Source of the DNA: Carcharhinus longimanus
Lineage: Eukaryota
Direction: 5' to 3'
DNA length: 64,000 nucleotides
NCBI GenBank assembly: GCA_030264375.1
Contig: JASCQW010000162.1
Span: forward strand, 34,098,853-34,162,852
A program made the position numbers and the translations under genes. Under the pieces are notes generated by a model. It was not told the origin of the DNA. It saw only the letters and a program-made list of their open reading frames with translations, and searched no databases. Below, one piece after another: positions 1 to 12,399 of this stretch (its first letter is position 1; the number at the start of each line of letters is the position of its first letter).

Positions 1-80
1 CCGAGTGTAGGGTGTCGAAATTTGCTGATGACACCAAGATTGGGGGAACAGCAAATTGTGCGGAGGGTGTGGAGAGTTTA
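1..80 (+). mobile_element. CR1/HER1 LINE RT fragment
   Basis: Encodes VSKFADDTKIGGTANC (CR1 RT motif FADDTK). Confidence 0.8.
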
Positions 81-1929
81 TGTGTGCGATTGTTTGCTGC
101 CAAAGGGCTCCATTTCCCATTTTATACATACACTGACTAAATATCCACCCCCCCCCCCCCCCAATCTTTGACTGCCAAACTGACAAGAATTTTGAATTAC
201 TAATTCCTTCAATAATTGTTCAGGAAGTAAAACTTCTTCATATGCTGCACGCGTACATTTTGACGTGTGTTCAAATGTTTCCATTCGCAAAATGGAAAAT
301 AATCAAAATAAAAATATGTAGCATTACAAGCAAATTTAGTAGCCTGACCTTTTACAGAATTTAAGTCATCATTTGGTTCATTGGTTTTCAAGCTGCGACG
401 TCTGGACCTGAGAGATTCTTTCTATGAGGAGGTTCCTGGTTCCCAGAAATCATCAGATTTGAGAACTCCTCTTCATTTGACTTACCAACATCTTGCCCAG
501 TATTTACAGCGAGATAACAGTTAAAGAGCCCATTGAGCTTGAGACAAGGAGATCTCAGTGACCTTAATGACGGGGCCTCTAACATCTTGGAGATGTATCT
601 CACACCAAAAAAGAGACTTGAAGACCAATAGCTTGGGGTTAACAAGTAAAACTTTTGCCTTTTACTCTATGTTCACTATCACAAACACGTTATACAATGG
701 TAAGAACTTTCCAGCCATTCATGCGAGCGGGATCTTCCAGTCCAGCCAATGGTGCATCCCCACCACAGATTTCCTGGCAGCAAGGAGTACATTCAATGGA
801 AAATCCTGTTGACAACGGTGGGATCAGCGTGTCCCANNNNNNNNNNNNNNNNNNNNNNNNNNNNNNNNNNNNNNNNNNNNNNNNNNNNNNNNNNNNNNNN
901 NNNNNNNNNNNNNNNNNNNNNNNNNNNNNNNNNNNNCCTCCAGCCAATAGTGGGTTACCTGCACTGCCGCAAAATGCACAGTGAGGTTGCGTGGAAAATC
1001 CTGCCCAACTATGTATTGATACAAAAAGCCAAAATAATGCAGGCGCTGGAAATATGAAAACAGAAATTGTTGGAAATACTCAGTATATAAAGCAGCACCT
1101 GTGGAGAGAGAAGAAGTGATAACATTTTAATTGTGACGAGAGGTCATTGATCCGAAAAGTTGAACAGAATTTTCCTGACCCTCTGAAGAAGGTTTTGGAA
1201 GCAGATGCCAGGCAGCTACTGGGAAACCCAGTCAGGATGCTCCTCAACACATTCCTCCCCTTCCCTGCAACTTTCCCTGGGTAGGTCGCCAGGTGGATTG
1301 GCAGACAGCAGCCATTAGCTCCTATTAAGACCCAAACAAGGTCTATTATCCTAGTTTTTCATCATTGGAGAGGCTCCAACACTGAGTCCGAAACGCAGCA
1401 ACTGCCTGTGTGGCAACTCAAATGTCACTGGAATTCCTCTCAAGCATTGAAAGACAGCAACACAAAGCAATTATGGCTGCAGCCACAACCAGTGCTGGAA
1501 AGGGGCACCCTCCTCCACAGTGAAAGCCCCTAAAACCTCTGGGCCTTCCTTCTTTTTCAGACATGTTCAGGAAACAAGTGAAAGGAGTTCCATTTTGAGG
1601 CACCCTTGCACTCATCTCAGTCGCTCAGCAGTGCCCACCTCTCTGAGTGGGACTGACAACAATTCAGTGCTGTGGAGCCTCTCACTGGGCCTCCCACATT
1701 GTGGTCCCACACTCTGTCCATAGTTGATAGCTCACCTCAGATGCTTCAGGGCACATGCAGGCTCGGGACAAAACTATGGTCTTGGCATTGGGTTCCTGAT
1801 GCCCATGGGGAAAAATCAACCCATTAACTGTTTCCACCCCCACAGGTGCTACCAGGCCAATTGAGCATTTGCAGCGCTTACTGTTTTCATATAATCTGTG
1901 CTGATTGTTCTGGCCGCTTAAGACAATAA

Positions 1930-2268
1930 TAGGTGGCACAGTAGCACAGTGGTTCGCAGTGCTGCTTGACAGTTCTAGGGACCTGGGTTTGAGTCTCGGC
2001 TCGGGTCACTGTCTGTGTGGAGTTTGCACATTCTCCTTGTGTTTGCGTGGGTCTCCTCCGGGTGATCTGATTTCCTGCCACAGTCCAAAGATGTGCAGGT
2101 TAGGTTGATTGGCCATGATAAAACAATTGCCCCTCGTGTCCTGAAATGCGTAGGTTAGCGGGATTAGTGGGTAAAATATGTGGGGATAGGGCCTGGGTGG
2201 GATTGTGATCGGTGCAGACTCGATGGGCCAAATGGCCTCTTTCTGCACTGTGGGGTTCTATGTTCTAT
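1930..2268 (+). mobile_element. HE1-type tRNA-derived SINE
   Basis: ggtggcacagtagcacagtggtt head, core gtgtggagtttgcacattctcc...cccacagtccaaagatgtgcaggttagg, and CR1-like tail gatgggccaaatggcct...ctgcactgt. Confidence 0.9.
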
Positions 2269-2429
2269 GAATAACAAATACTTTCTTTAGCTGGAACCAT
2301 AATTCTAAAGTAAGGATAAAGATGTTGGGGTTAATTTAAACCTAACAATTCCAATTGAATGCTGAGAGAAATTGATTAGCCATTGTTCTTATGTCCACCT
2401 GATTTTGCTTTCCAATGGTTTTAATGGTG

Positions 2430-2640
2430 TAGGAAAAAGGTAGAATAGAAAACTAGATTGGATAGAAAATGGACAGGATGGAAAATTGGGTAAGATAGAA
2501 AATTGGGTGGAATAAGAAATGGGCAGGCTAGAAATTTGGATAGGATAGGAATTGGATAGGATGGGAAATGGGCAGGATGGGAATTAGGTGGGATGGGAAA
2601 TGGGCAGAATGGAAAATTGGGCGGGGTGGGAAACGGGTGG
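2430..2640 (+). repeat. ~20-bp purine-rich minisatellite
   Basis: Repeated variants of ggataggatggaaaattggg. Confidence 0.85.
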
Positions 2641-3663
2641 TCGATCAGATCCCATCAGCTTTTCAATCGGCAAGCTAGACTAAAATTACTCCCAGTTGTA
2701 TCTGTAAAAGATTTCTGAGAAGCAGGAACTCTCAACCTAATAAAGACTAGTTTAATTTAAGGCCTGGCATAGGTGGAGTTGAACTTTACAACTCCAAGGC
2801 CTGTGGGATTAATAAAGTGTACCGAGAATAAAACAAGAAGAAAGTAATGGGAAGGGATTGCTGTAATTTTCTATATTTTTTTTAGCCCTTGGTTCTTTCT
2901 TGGACTGAATCCCAGTTTGAATTAGGCTTTATTTGAAAAGAAGCAGAGTATATTTCTGCCCTTTTATACCAGTATGTGATTTTTTTATTGCAGAACGAAG
3001 GGACACTTTATCCTATTGCTTCACCAATTCTGCATTGGCTATTCAGCATGAACTCTTTGACCGAAGCCTTTTGTTTAACTTCTCACATTATTCAGTAAGT
3101 GAGCCCCAGGCCTTGAAATGTTTTAACCTTAGTTACAGGCACATGAGTGATACTGTACTCCTATAACGTATAAATTCCAGCCATTACAACATCTTGCCAA
3201 CTACAGTATTTTTCCTATGTTAAAGAAGTCAGTAAATTGTAAGTAGTGCTGCAGCTACTTAAGGCTAAAGTAAGAATCCATTTGAAAGTGGTTCATGCAT
3301 TCAATGAATGAAAGCAACTAGATTCAAAACAACACAAGTATTGCTAGAACATATTAGTAATAACTGTAAATCAAAACATTTAATACAATTTCCAGAGCCG
3401 GAAAATTCTTCAGGGGGTTTCACCAGACTCACGCCATATCTCCAGCAGGAGACCAACAGCATCCATTCGAAAATGTCTGTACCCAGTTGTACCTGGTCTG
3501 TTAGTTCTTATATTTTGAGGTCTGCTCTATAAGGTGTCTTTACAAGGCAATTGTTGATGGGGGGGGAATGTGGAAGATGATGGGGGATGAGAGAGAGTTT
3601 GCTGTGTGGGCTGCTGGGCCTGGGACCTTCTATACTGGAAGTTTCCATTTTCCAGGTTCATTT

Positions 3664-3915
3664 GGGTGGCATGGTGGCAGGTAGTTAGCACTGCTGCCTC
3701 ATAGCGGCAGGAACCTGGGTTCAATTCCAGCCTTGGGTGACTGTGTGGAGTTGGCACATTGTCCCCATGCCTGTGTGGATTTTCTGCAGGTGCTCTGCTT
3801 TCCTATCACAGTCCAAAGATGTACAGGTTAGGTGGATTGGCTATGCTAAATTGCTCTTAGTTGTAATCCAAGATGTGCAGGTTAGATGGATCAGCCATAA
3901 GAAATGCGTGGAGGT
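3664..3915 (+). mobile_element. HE1-type SINE
   Basis: Same head and core as 1930-2268; truncated by a CR1 fragment. Confidence 0.85.
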
Positions 3916-3917
3916 TA

Positions 3918-4200
3918 CAAGCACGCCAAGGTCCCTTTGTTCAACGGAACTTCCTAGTGTCCTATCATTCATTGAGTACTTCCTTGTCAAATTACTCCTT
4001 CCAAATTGTGTCACCTCACATTTTTCAGAGTTAAATCTGCCACTTATCTTCCCATTCCATCTATATCTCCTTGTAGCCCAAGACACTCCAACTCACTGTT
4101 GACTACCCAACCAAATCTTTATATCATCCGCAAACTTGCTAATCCACAGTCATCAATGTCATTTATATAAATGACGAATAATAGGTGGCCCTGAGGAACA
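3918..4200 (-). mobile_element. CR1/HER1 LINE fragment
   Basis: FNSEKCEVTQFGRSN...LGSSVEQRDLGV, plus the KFADD region. Confidence 0.85.
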
Positions 4201-4514
4201 AAACACTGCAAAGTTGTTGCCCAGCTCCCACTGTTTAGCTTCCCTAATTATGCATCTTGCAAGAACGCCAGCCCCAGCACAGGTTAAGAGTTGACCGTTC
4301 CAACGATACAGGCCCCACTTTCCCCAGTACTGCTGCCCGTGCTGCCTGAACCAGCACCTACTTCTTCTGCACCAGGCTTTGGACCAAGCATTCCTCTCTC
4401 TAATCAAATTTGTTCAATGCCAATTTTCCCGTGGCTCAAGTAATGATCCAGAGATTATGACCTTTGAGGTTTCCCCCTGCAGTAGAAAGATGTTCAGGTT
4501 AGGTGGATTGATCT

Positions 4515-5215
4515 TGATGAATTGGGTCAGTGGGCTGACGAATGGCAGATGGAGTTTAATTTAGATAAAAGCAGGGTGACGCATTTTGATCGATTGAACC
4601 AGGGCAGGACTTACTCAGTTAATGGTAGGGCGTTGGGGAGAATTACAGAATAAAGAGATCTAGGGATACATGTTCATAACTCCTTGAAAGTAGAGATGGA
4701 CAGAATGGTGAAGAAAGCATTTGGCATACTTGGTTTCATCGGTCAGAATGTTGACTACAGGAGTTGGGATGTCTTGAAGTTGTACACATTGATAAGGCCA
4801 CACTTGGAATACCGTGCACAGTTCTGGTCACCCTATTATAGAAAGGATATCATTAAACTAGAAAGAGTGCAGAAAAGATTTACTGGGATGCTACTGGGAC
4901 TTGATGGTTTGAGTTATAAGGAGAACTGGATAGACTGGGACTTTATTCTCTGAAGCACAGTAGGCTGAGGGATGATCTTACAGAGGTCTACAAAATAATG
5001 AGTGGCACAAATCAGCTAGATAATCAGTACCTTTTCCCAAAGGTAAGGGAGTCTAAAGCTAGAGGGCTTAGGCTTAAGGTGAGAGGGGAGAGATACAAAA
5101 GGGTCCAGACGGGCAAATTTTTCACACAGAGGGTGGTGAGTGTCTGGAACAAGCTGCCAGAGTCAGTAGTAGAGTTGGGTACAATTTTATCTTTTAAAAA
5201 GCATTTAGATAGTTA
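4515..5215 (+). mobile_element. CR1/HER1 LINE ORF2 3' fragment
   Basis: LIRPHLEYRAQFWSPYYRKDIIKLERVQKRFT and FFTQRVVSVWNKLPESVV. Confidence 0.92.
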
Positions 5216-5219
5216 AGTC

Positions 5220-6205
5220 TTTGCAGGGACAACAATCCCAGTTTATTCAATTTCTCCTCATGGTGTATACCAGGCAACATCCTAATAAACTATTTCTCCA
5301 TGTCCTTCTGATAGTGTGGTGACCAAAATTGTCAAATGCTTTACTAAAGTCCATATAGACGACATCGACAGCCTTTCCCTCGTCAATCATTTTTGTCACT
5401 TCCTCAAAAAACTTAATCAAATTGGTGACACACGACCGCCCTCATACCAAACCATGCTGTTTGTCCCTAATACAACCACTCAATTCCAAATGTGTATAGG
5501 TTCTATCCCTAAGAATCTTCTCCAACAGTTACATCAGTGACGTCTAGTCCACTGGCCTATAATTACCCAGGTTATCTCAAATAACAGGACAACATTGGCT
5601 ATCCTCCAAATCTCTGGGACTTCACCACCAGGCAATGAGAAAACAAAGATTTCTGTTAGAGGCTCAGCAATTTCCTTGCTTGTCTCCCTCAGTAATCTGG
5701 GATAGATGCCATCTAGCCCTGGGTATTTGTCTACTTTATAATGCTTTTTAATACACCTAACACTTCCTCCCTCATAATGGTGACTTGCTCTGGAGGGTTT
5801 ATATACCCCTCCGAGATGCCATCAGTGTGTCCCTCTCCTTTGTAAATACCAATGCAAAATACTCATTAAGGATCTCACCCACTTCCTTTGGTTCTACACA
5901 CAATTTCCCTCCTTTGTCTTTGAGTGGACCAACTCTTTCTCTAGCTACCCTCTTGTTCCTCATATATTCATAAAATGCCTTGGGATTCCCTTTAATCCTG
6001 CCTACCAAAGACATTTCATGACCTGTTTTTGCCCGCCTCGCTCCCTGTGAGTTGTTTTGTACTTTCCCTGTATTCTTCAAGTGCTTTATCTGTTTCTCAT
6101 TGCCCAGACCTCATGAATGCATCCTTTTCCCTTTTGCCTAGACTCAATTTCCCTGGTCACCCACAGTTCCCAAATCTTGCCTTTCCTGTCCTTCTTTTTC
6201 ACAGC
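5220..6205 (-). mobile_element. CR1/HER1 LINE ORF2 fragments
   Basis: IKGNPKAFYEYMRNKRVARERVGPLKDKGGKLCVEPKEVGEILNEYFALVFTKE. Confidence 0.9.
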
Positions 6206-6248
6206 CGTCAGGACTCTCATTCCTTGCTGCCCTTTCACTATACTGTCC

Positions 6249-6767
6249 TGTTGAAATGGAAATTTTCCTGCTTCTTGCCTGTGGTAGAAAGGCTCAACAA
6301 AGTCCGTCCCAACAAAATATTTATTTACCAAAGACTGCACGCAGTATTGGCAAAAACTTGAGTTCAGAGAGCCATCGTTACGACTTGCTGACTCTTCCTC
6401 AAGTCCGCGCTAACAGAAGGAATCAGTTCGGTATTTATATATAATCCTGATCAGTTTATGTGACCTTATTCAGGAATTTGATCAATAATAGCGTCATAAG
6501 CAATGTCATAAATCATGCTGACCTCCTAGAACTCTTTGTCTCATCAGTCATCCCTTTATCTTGTCCTTTGATAGAGCAGAGGAAGGTCGGTGACTCCTTC
6601 ATCCCTGACCTTATCTGGTCATACTCATACAGCTCTAGGTCATGTGGTGTCAGCCTTCTCTGGTCTTATTCATGTCTTAAGTTATGCAGAGTCAGTTTTC
6701 CTGATTTTGTACCAAATACTTGACCAATTTTCCCATCATGCCACTACTTTGTTCGTATAACTCCACA
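6249..6767 (-). mobile_element. 3' LTR of the ERV, preceded by a polypurine tract (6768-6779)
   Basis: On the minus strand, 20 nt after the env stop: PPT GAAAGGAGGGAA followed directly by TGTGGAG. TATATAAA near 6435-6442 and AATAAA at 6320-6325. The end is either ...TTTCAACA (6249) or ...CTACCACA (6280). Confidence 0.75.
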
Positions 6768-6798
6768 TTCCCTCCTTTCGTCAGATCACGACAACTAG

Positions 6799-7832
6799 TT
6801 AAATAGGTATATCCACGACCCAATTAAAAATGCAACCAAGCAATCCTATCCTCAGTAGCAGTAGCATGAGGGCCTTAAAGATCCAATCAAATAATCCGTG
6901 ACCCAGCCATCCCGACTGACCCGGTGGGTCCTCGTCACAAAATTCAAGGCCAACCTCTTGAAGCTGATCAGCCTGCCTCTTGATGTAGCCGGCCAGGTTA
7001 CTGGTATTTTCAGAGGCGGCTGGGATATAAGTACAGCACTCTCGACCTATAATGGCGCACGTTCCTCCCTCCGAGGCTAATAGATAGTCCAAAGCCATTT
7101 GGTCCGGACAGCCACCAGCTCAGCCGAGGCCTGGGCTAGTGCCTGTCCAGTCACCTTTGCTTCCGCCGCTGTTACATTTGCCAGTTGTTCCAATGCCGAG
7201 GCCAGAAGAATCAGTTGGTTTGCAGCCTTGGCTTTTCCATATGGTGGAAAGGCCATCATAAAGAACCATTCAGTTCCGCAAATGGCCCTTCTGACTCACA
7301 AGGGGTGGTGCTGAAGGGAGGGTAGGTGGTGCAGGTAGGGTGCGACATATCCCAGATAACAGGATCCAATCCAATTGGTAGGAAGCCACGAGTAGGCTTT
7401 AGTGCCACATATGAAATATGTTCCATTGTAGGCTGTAAAATCATCGGCCAATGTCATCCAGGGTACGGGGGTGTTATGTGCCCAAGAGCTGTTAGAGGTG
7501 ATATTCCATACCCCGGAAAAATCAAGGAGAAACATACCCTTATCAGATAGGCCTGCTACTGGTCTCTGCCATTCAGTTGTAAGGTTGCATTTACTTTGCC
7601 CCACCCTCTCTCCTGTCCCTGATTTACTAAAACATAGGGAACATCACACATCACTCGAGGAGACAACAAGGGAGGGTGGAAGAAAGGCATGATTATATGC
7701 AGACTGGTACCAGGTTGAAAACCTACTCATTTCATAGCCAGCCAATTCCCATTCTATCATATCTCCCCCGATCCCTGTTCGGTTTTGACGTAAAATCCAT
7801 TCCACGGTCTCTGCTAAATGACAAGGCACTGC
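6799..7832 (-). pseudogene. env: Endogenous retrovirus env (gamma-type, SU C-terminal part plus TM), disrupted
   Basis: Joined ORFs 7644-7829, 7296-7604, 7077-7259 and 6799-7098 give NGTYFICGTKAYSWLPTNWIGSCYLGYVAP (SU end), *VRR (furin site RVRR with CGA>TGA), a fusion peptide and heptad, a partial immunosuppressive domain MALDYLLASEGGTC, CX6CC (CAIIGRECC) and a hydrophobic TM segment. Confidence 0.9.
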
Positions 7833-8103
7833 ATGATCAGTTGTTGCATAAAGTTAAATCTCACAGGATCCAAAGTGTATCTAAATGGATACAGAATTGG
7901 CTTCTTGACAGAAGCCGGAGTGTGGTTGTAGAGGGTTGTTTTTCAAACTGGAGCGGTGTGCCTCAGGGATCAGTGCAGGATCCACTGTTATTTGTCATTT
8001 ATATTGATGATTTGGATGAGAATGTAGAAGGCATGGTTAGTAAATTTGAAAATGCCGCCAAAATTGGCGTCATGGACAAGTTGGGCCGAAGGGCCCGTTT
8101 CCA
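7833..8103 (+). mobile_element. CR1/HER1 LINE RT fragment abutting the 5' end of the env remnant
   Basis: WIQNWLLDRSRSVVVEGCFS...SGVPQGSV.DPLLFVIYIDDLDE. Confidence 0.9.
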
Positions 8104-8227
8104 CAGCCACGGCTAGTTTGCTCATCCATCCTGTAGCCCCCATTCTCATCCAAACAAGCACAGATAACCTCAAACCTGTTGGACAATGGAAAAGACCAAG
8201 TCTCTGGAACTCCTGCCCTGAAGGTCC

Positions 8228-9445
8228 CTAATCTGCCTCACTCGCAGTCACACACTGTTCTCGACCACTGACCGAATCAGAAGACCCTGTGCTAAGATAT
8301 CTGACTGCCGACCGATACAAAGAATCCATGTAGCTTTCTCCCTTCCTGATGTCTCGCAGTGTCTGCAGCTCAGCCTCCAGCTCAAACACTNNNNNNNNNN
8401 NNNNNNNNNNNNNNNNNNNNNNNNNNNNNNNNNNNNNNNNNNNNNNNNNNNNNNNNNNNNNNNNNNNNNNNNNNNNNNNNNNNNNNNNNNGATTAAATTC
8501 CATCTGCCACATCTGCCATTTGACCATTCAGTCTATATTTTCTTGTAGCCTAAGATTCTCAACCTCACTGTTAACCACCCGGCCAATCTTTGTGTCATAT
8601 GCAAACTTACTAATCCTACCCCCCACATAGTCATCAATGTCATTTATATAAATAACGAATAATAGGGGCCAACACAGATCTCTGTGGTACGCCACTGTCT
8701 TGCAGTCACTAAAGCAGCCTTCTGTCATCACCCTCTGTCTCCTACAACTGCACCAATTTTGAATCCACTTTATCAAGTTACCCTGTATCCCATCTGAATT
8801 TACCTTCTTTACAAGTCTCCCATGTGGGACCTTGTCAAAGGCTTTGCTGAAATCCGTATAAACGACATCGGCTGCACTACCCCCGTCAACTCAACTGGTC
8901 ACCTCCTCAAAAAATTCAATCAAATTTGTTAGGCATGACCTCCCTCTGACAAAGCCATGCTGACTATCTTGATCAAGCTTTGCCTCTCCAAGTGGAGACA
9001 GATGCTCTCCTCTAAATATTTCTCCAATAGTTTCTCTACCACTGACGTGAAATTCACTGGTCTGTAGTTTCTGGTTTATCACTGCAATCCTTCTTAAATA
9101 GCAGAACTAGATTAGGTGTTTTCCAGTCATCTGGCACCTCCTCCGTAAGAAGTCTCACAACACCAGGTTACAGTCCAACAGGTTTATTTGGCAGCAAAAG
9201 CTTTCGCTCCTTCATCAGGTGAGTGAGGACTTGTGAACTCCACATCATGACCTCGTCCGTGGACAGACAGGAATTGAAAATTTGTGTCCTCCTTTGTCTC
9301 CCACAGCAGCCTAGGACACAATTCATCTGGATCTGGATACTTATCCATTTTTAAGGCTACCAACACCTCCAATACCTTGTCCTTCCTTCTGTCAATTTGC
9401 TCCAGAACGTCACAGTTTCTCTCCCTGAATTCCATACCATCGTTC
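8228..9445 (-). mobile_element. CR1 LINE fragments (ORF1 piece 8228-8390; ORF2 RT pieces 8491-9445), spanning an N gap
   Basis: ELEAELQTLRDIRKGESYMDSL (CR1 ORF1-like coiled coil); SQHGFVRGRSCLTNLIEFFEEVT; PLLFVIYINDID...ISKFAYDTKIG. Confidence 0.88.
9145..9249 (-). mobile_element. Penelope-like element terminal fragment inserted in a CR1 copy
   Basis: Minus strand CACTCACCTGATGAAGGAGCGAAAGCTTTTG...AATAAACCTGTTGGACTGTAACCTGGTGTTGTGAGACTTCTTAC. Flanked by acctcctccgt (9136-9146) and acctcgtccgt (9250-9260). Confidence 0.65.
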
Positions 9446-12399
9446 TCAAGATACATTACTATCCATCTTTACAGAAATCCTTGACTGCTCTGAAGAAACT
9501 TCAAGTTGCACATTAAAGACCCTCTGCTCCTGCCTAAGTATTCTCCTTCCCTTCAGAGTTGCAAGATTCTCGACAACATATCTATTTTTGTATCAATTTA
9601 CTTTGGCATATCTATAGTTTTGATTAAACTACAAAATGGGTTTATATTATGAGGACAGGTTTCAGTGCAGGAACTATTAATACAATTAGTCAGGTCAATG
9701 AACCTTTTACCATGAAGTGATTAATCTCTAAAGATAAAAAAACTCAAGTAGATTAAAATCTATATGGTTGGAGGTTACAACAACCCAGGACTTCCAAATC
9801 AAGGTTGTTATTAGTTGATTTCAACTTGAATTTGATTATTTGCCATAAAAACTGCAGGTAATAAAGTTAATTGTTAAATAAGATTATATTAATATTATAT
9901 TAATATTCCCTATATTAATATTCCATCTCTAAAAACATTGTAATCTGTTCCATTATTTAGGCATTTTTGAGAAACACAAATCAAGCTTATCATTTGAAAG
10001 TTGCAAAAGATTAGTTTGAAAAATAATCTTTTCATTAGGCAGCCGCTAACTCAGATTTTATCATTAATTGGAGGAATGAACAGTGTAATGATACACTGAG
10101 AGAATCCTTTGACTGAATTATTTTTGCCCAGAGGTATATCTCAGGTGTTCCATTTTCAGAAATGACATTGTTTTCAAGATTCACCTGTAAAATTACCTTT
10201 GATTGACATCACTTCCTGTGACATAGCGTCACTTCTAATCTGTACAATGGAGCTTTTCTCCTCTCATATTTCATCGCTTTACTCAATCCTCCGATTTCAA
10301 TTGTCGAATTATTACTGCGACTTTCAGGTTAAATGGTCCATTTTCATGGACAAGGCCATTCTGTGCACTCTTCCATCTCTAAGAACTTAAGCCAAGAAAT
10401 TCCTCCACAACCCACTTCTCGTTAAAGTTCGAGAAGACATTGAGTAAGGCTGGAAGAACACTCCTTCAGTCACCATTTTATTTCCAACTACACTGTAGCT
10501 TTAATCGTTTTTATTTCCTTTGGGAAGAACAAAGCCTAAAAATTGGTAATCATTCCCTGGGCAGGAATGAGATAATCCATGATTAATATTCTACCAGTCT
10601 TTGTGATGAAGTGGAGATTTATGACATTTCTCCAGCAGCATTTAAAAATACTTTCAACTTAATATGACCCTGAAAGAATTTAATGTTTGTCAAACTGAAT
10701 CACAGGTAAATTAACATATTAATCAAGCCAGATGAATCTAAGCACTATATAACGAGACAAGATTTTGACTGAAATTGGTAGTCGTGCATACTTAAATGCT
10801 AAGCGATCTCATTTATCTGGATAGCAATTTGACTGTTCGCCCCCGATGATCTCTAAATAGAGATTCAAATTCAGTTAGTGCTATGACCGGAGCCACAAAC
10901 AGATGGTACATGTTGGAAAAATGAATTTCCAACACATTTGACTAAGGTCAACTTGTCTCATTGAAAGCAGTCTCACTGACGTTTCACTTCAAAACAAAAC
11001 ATAAATAAAGTTTTTCTTTAGAAATTCACATTAAATCTGTGCCCAGTTACTGTAAAAATCCACACAAGATTGAAAAAAGCACTTCGTTCATTTTGTTATT
11101 AGAATAGCAGCAAACACTAGTTAGCTAAAATCTTTGTCTCTGCCCTTTTGGAAGGCAGGCGGATTTGTATTTTTAATCAATTTATATTTTATTGTGTCCA
11201 TCCAATGCATTGCTTTATCTGATTATTTTGTGACTGATTATGTGTCCAGATCTATGATGGCTGAGGGAAATATTTGTCCAGCTTATGCAAATATAGCTAC
11301 TGCTTAAAATGTGGTCATCACTTCCAAGCTCTATCTTAGATGAATGGTTTCTTATAACTGATTTCCACCAATAAATAAATAAATTCAGAAGTGAACTATA
11401 ACAGCAATTAAAACTGCCAGCATTGTATACCATAGAGCAGTGTACCATACAGCAGTTGTTTTTCAAACTTTTTTCCCGGCAACAGACTTTTACCACATGG
11501 CCAAATGGCTACCCCTTGTTAACAACGCTACGTTCCCTTGTTACTTGCCTCTGGCTCTCTCTTTCACATCACAAAACGACCTATAATCTACAATCAGCTT
11601 ACTAGAAGCGGAAAGAAAATTGGGGCAAAGTACACATACAGGGCATACTAAACTGTTTATTCTTGTCTCATGTGGTCATATTCCATACCGCAGTGAGAAT
11701 TTACCCAGAGAGAAAATGGTCAGGCAATCCTTGGAAATCATTCTTTGTTTATGATGCATTTTTCAACATTCCGTGACTAATCCACAAATCAAGACTCCCC
11801 CATTTTGAAAATCACTGTCGCGGATAGAGATGGAAACATGCTGGTTGTGGACTTTCCCCAAATGGGTAAAAGGCAGAATTTTGCAGCACAATTATTTCTC
11901 TCTTTCATTAGAACAAAATTCCTCTTCCTCCAAGCAATAGAGGGAGCAAAGTCAGGAGCTGGAGAATCAGAAGCCAACCAGCAAACCATCTGTTGGCTTT
12001 TCCAATCCAAAATTCCCAGGCAACAAGTTTTCAATTTTGCCACAAAGATGGTTGTTTCAATCCAAATCAAAGGGAAGATATTAAATACCAGCTTTTGACA
12101 TACAAATCCACCTGCTGGAATAGACTGGATATTGTGACCCATCTCTCTACCTGAATTCCTGATACATGCTCCCAATAGGTGAAGATCAGTGGTTGGAGCA
12201 TGATTTGGTAAAATCCGCCATGAAATATTGTATTTGATCTAACTATTTCACTGAAACAACTCATTGAGCATGTGTGCACGCATACATTACCTTACTTGCT
12301 GCGCTTCAACATTAATACAACTGAAGCCGCCTTGTTAAGTCAGTGCCAATGAGCCTCTAGTTTAAAATCTATTACCTCCTGTGGATTTCTCACACAGGG

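Noticed and set aside
11789-12175. 128-aa ORF and overlapping 97-aa ORF
   Set aside because: No motif I recognise and no convincing splice structure; possibly an old TE relic but not supportable.
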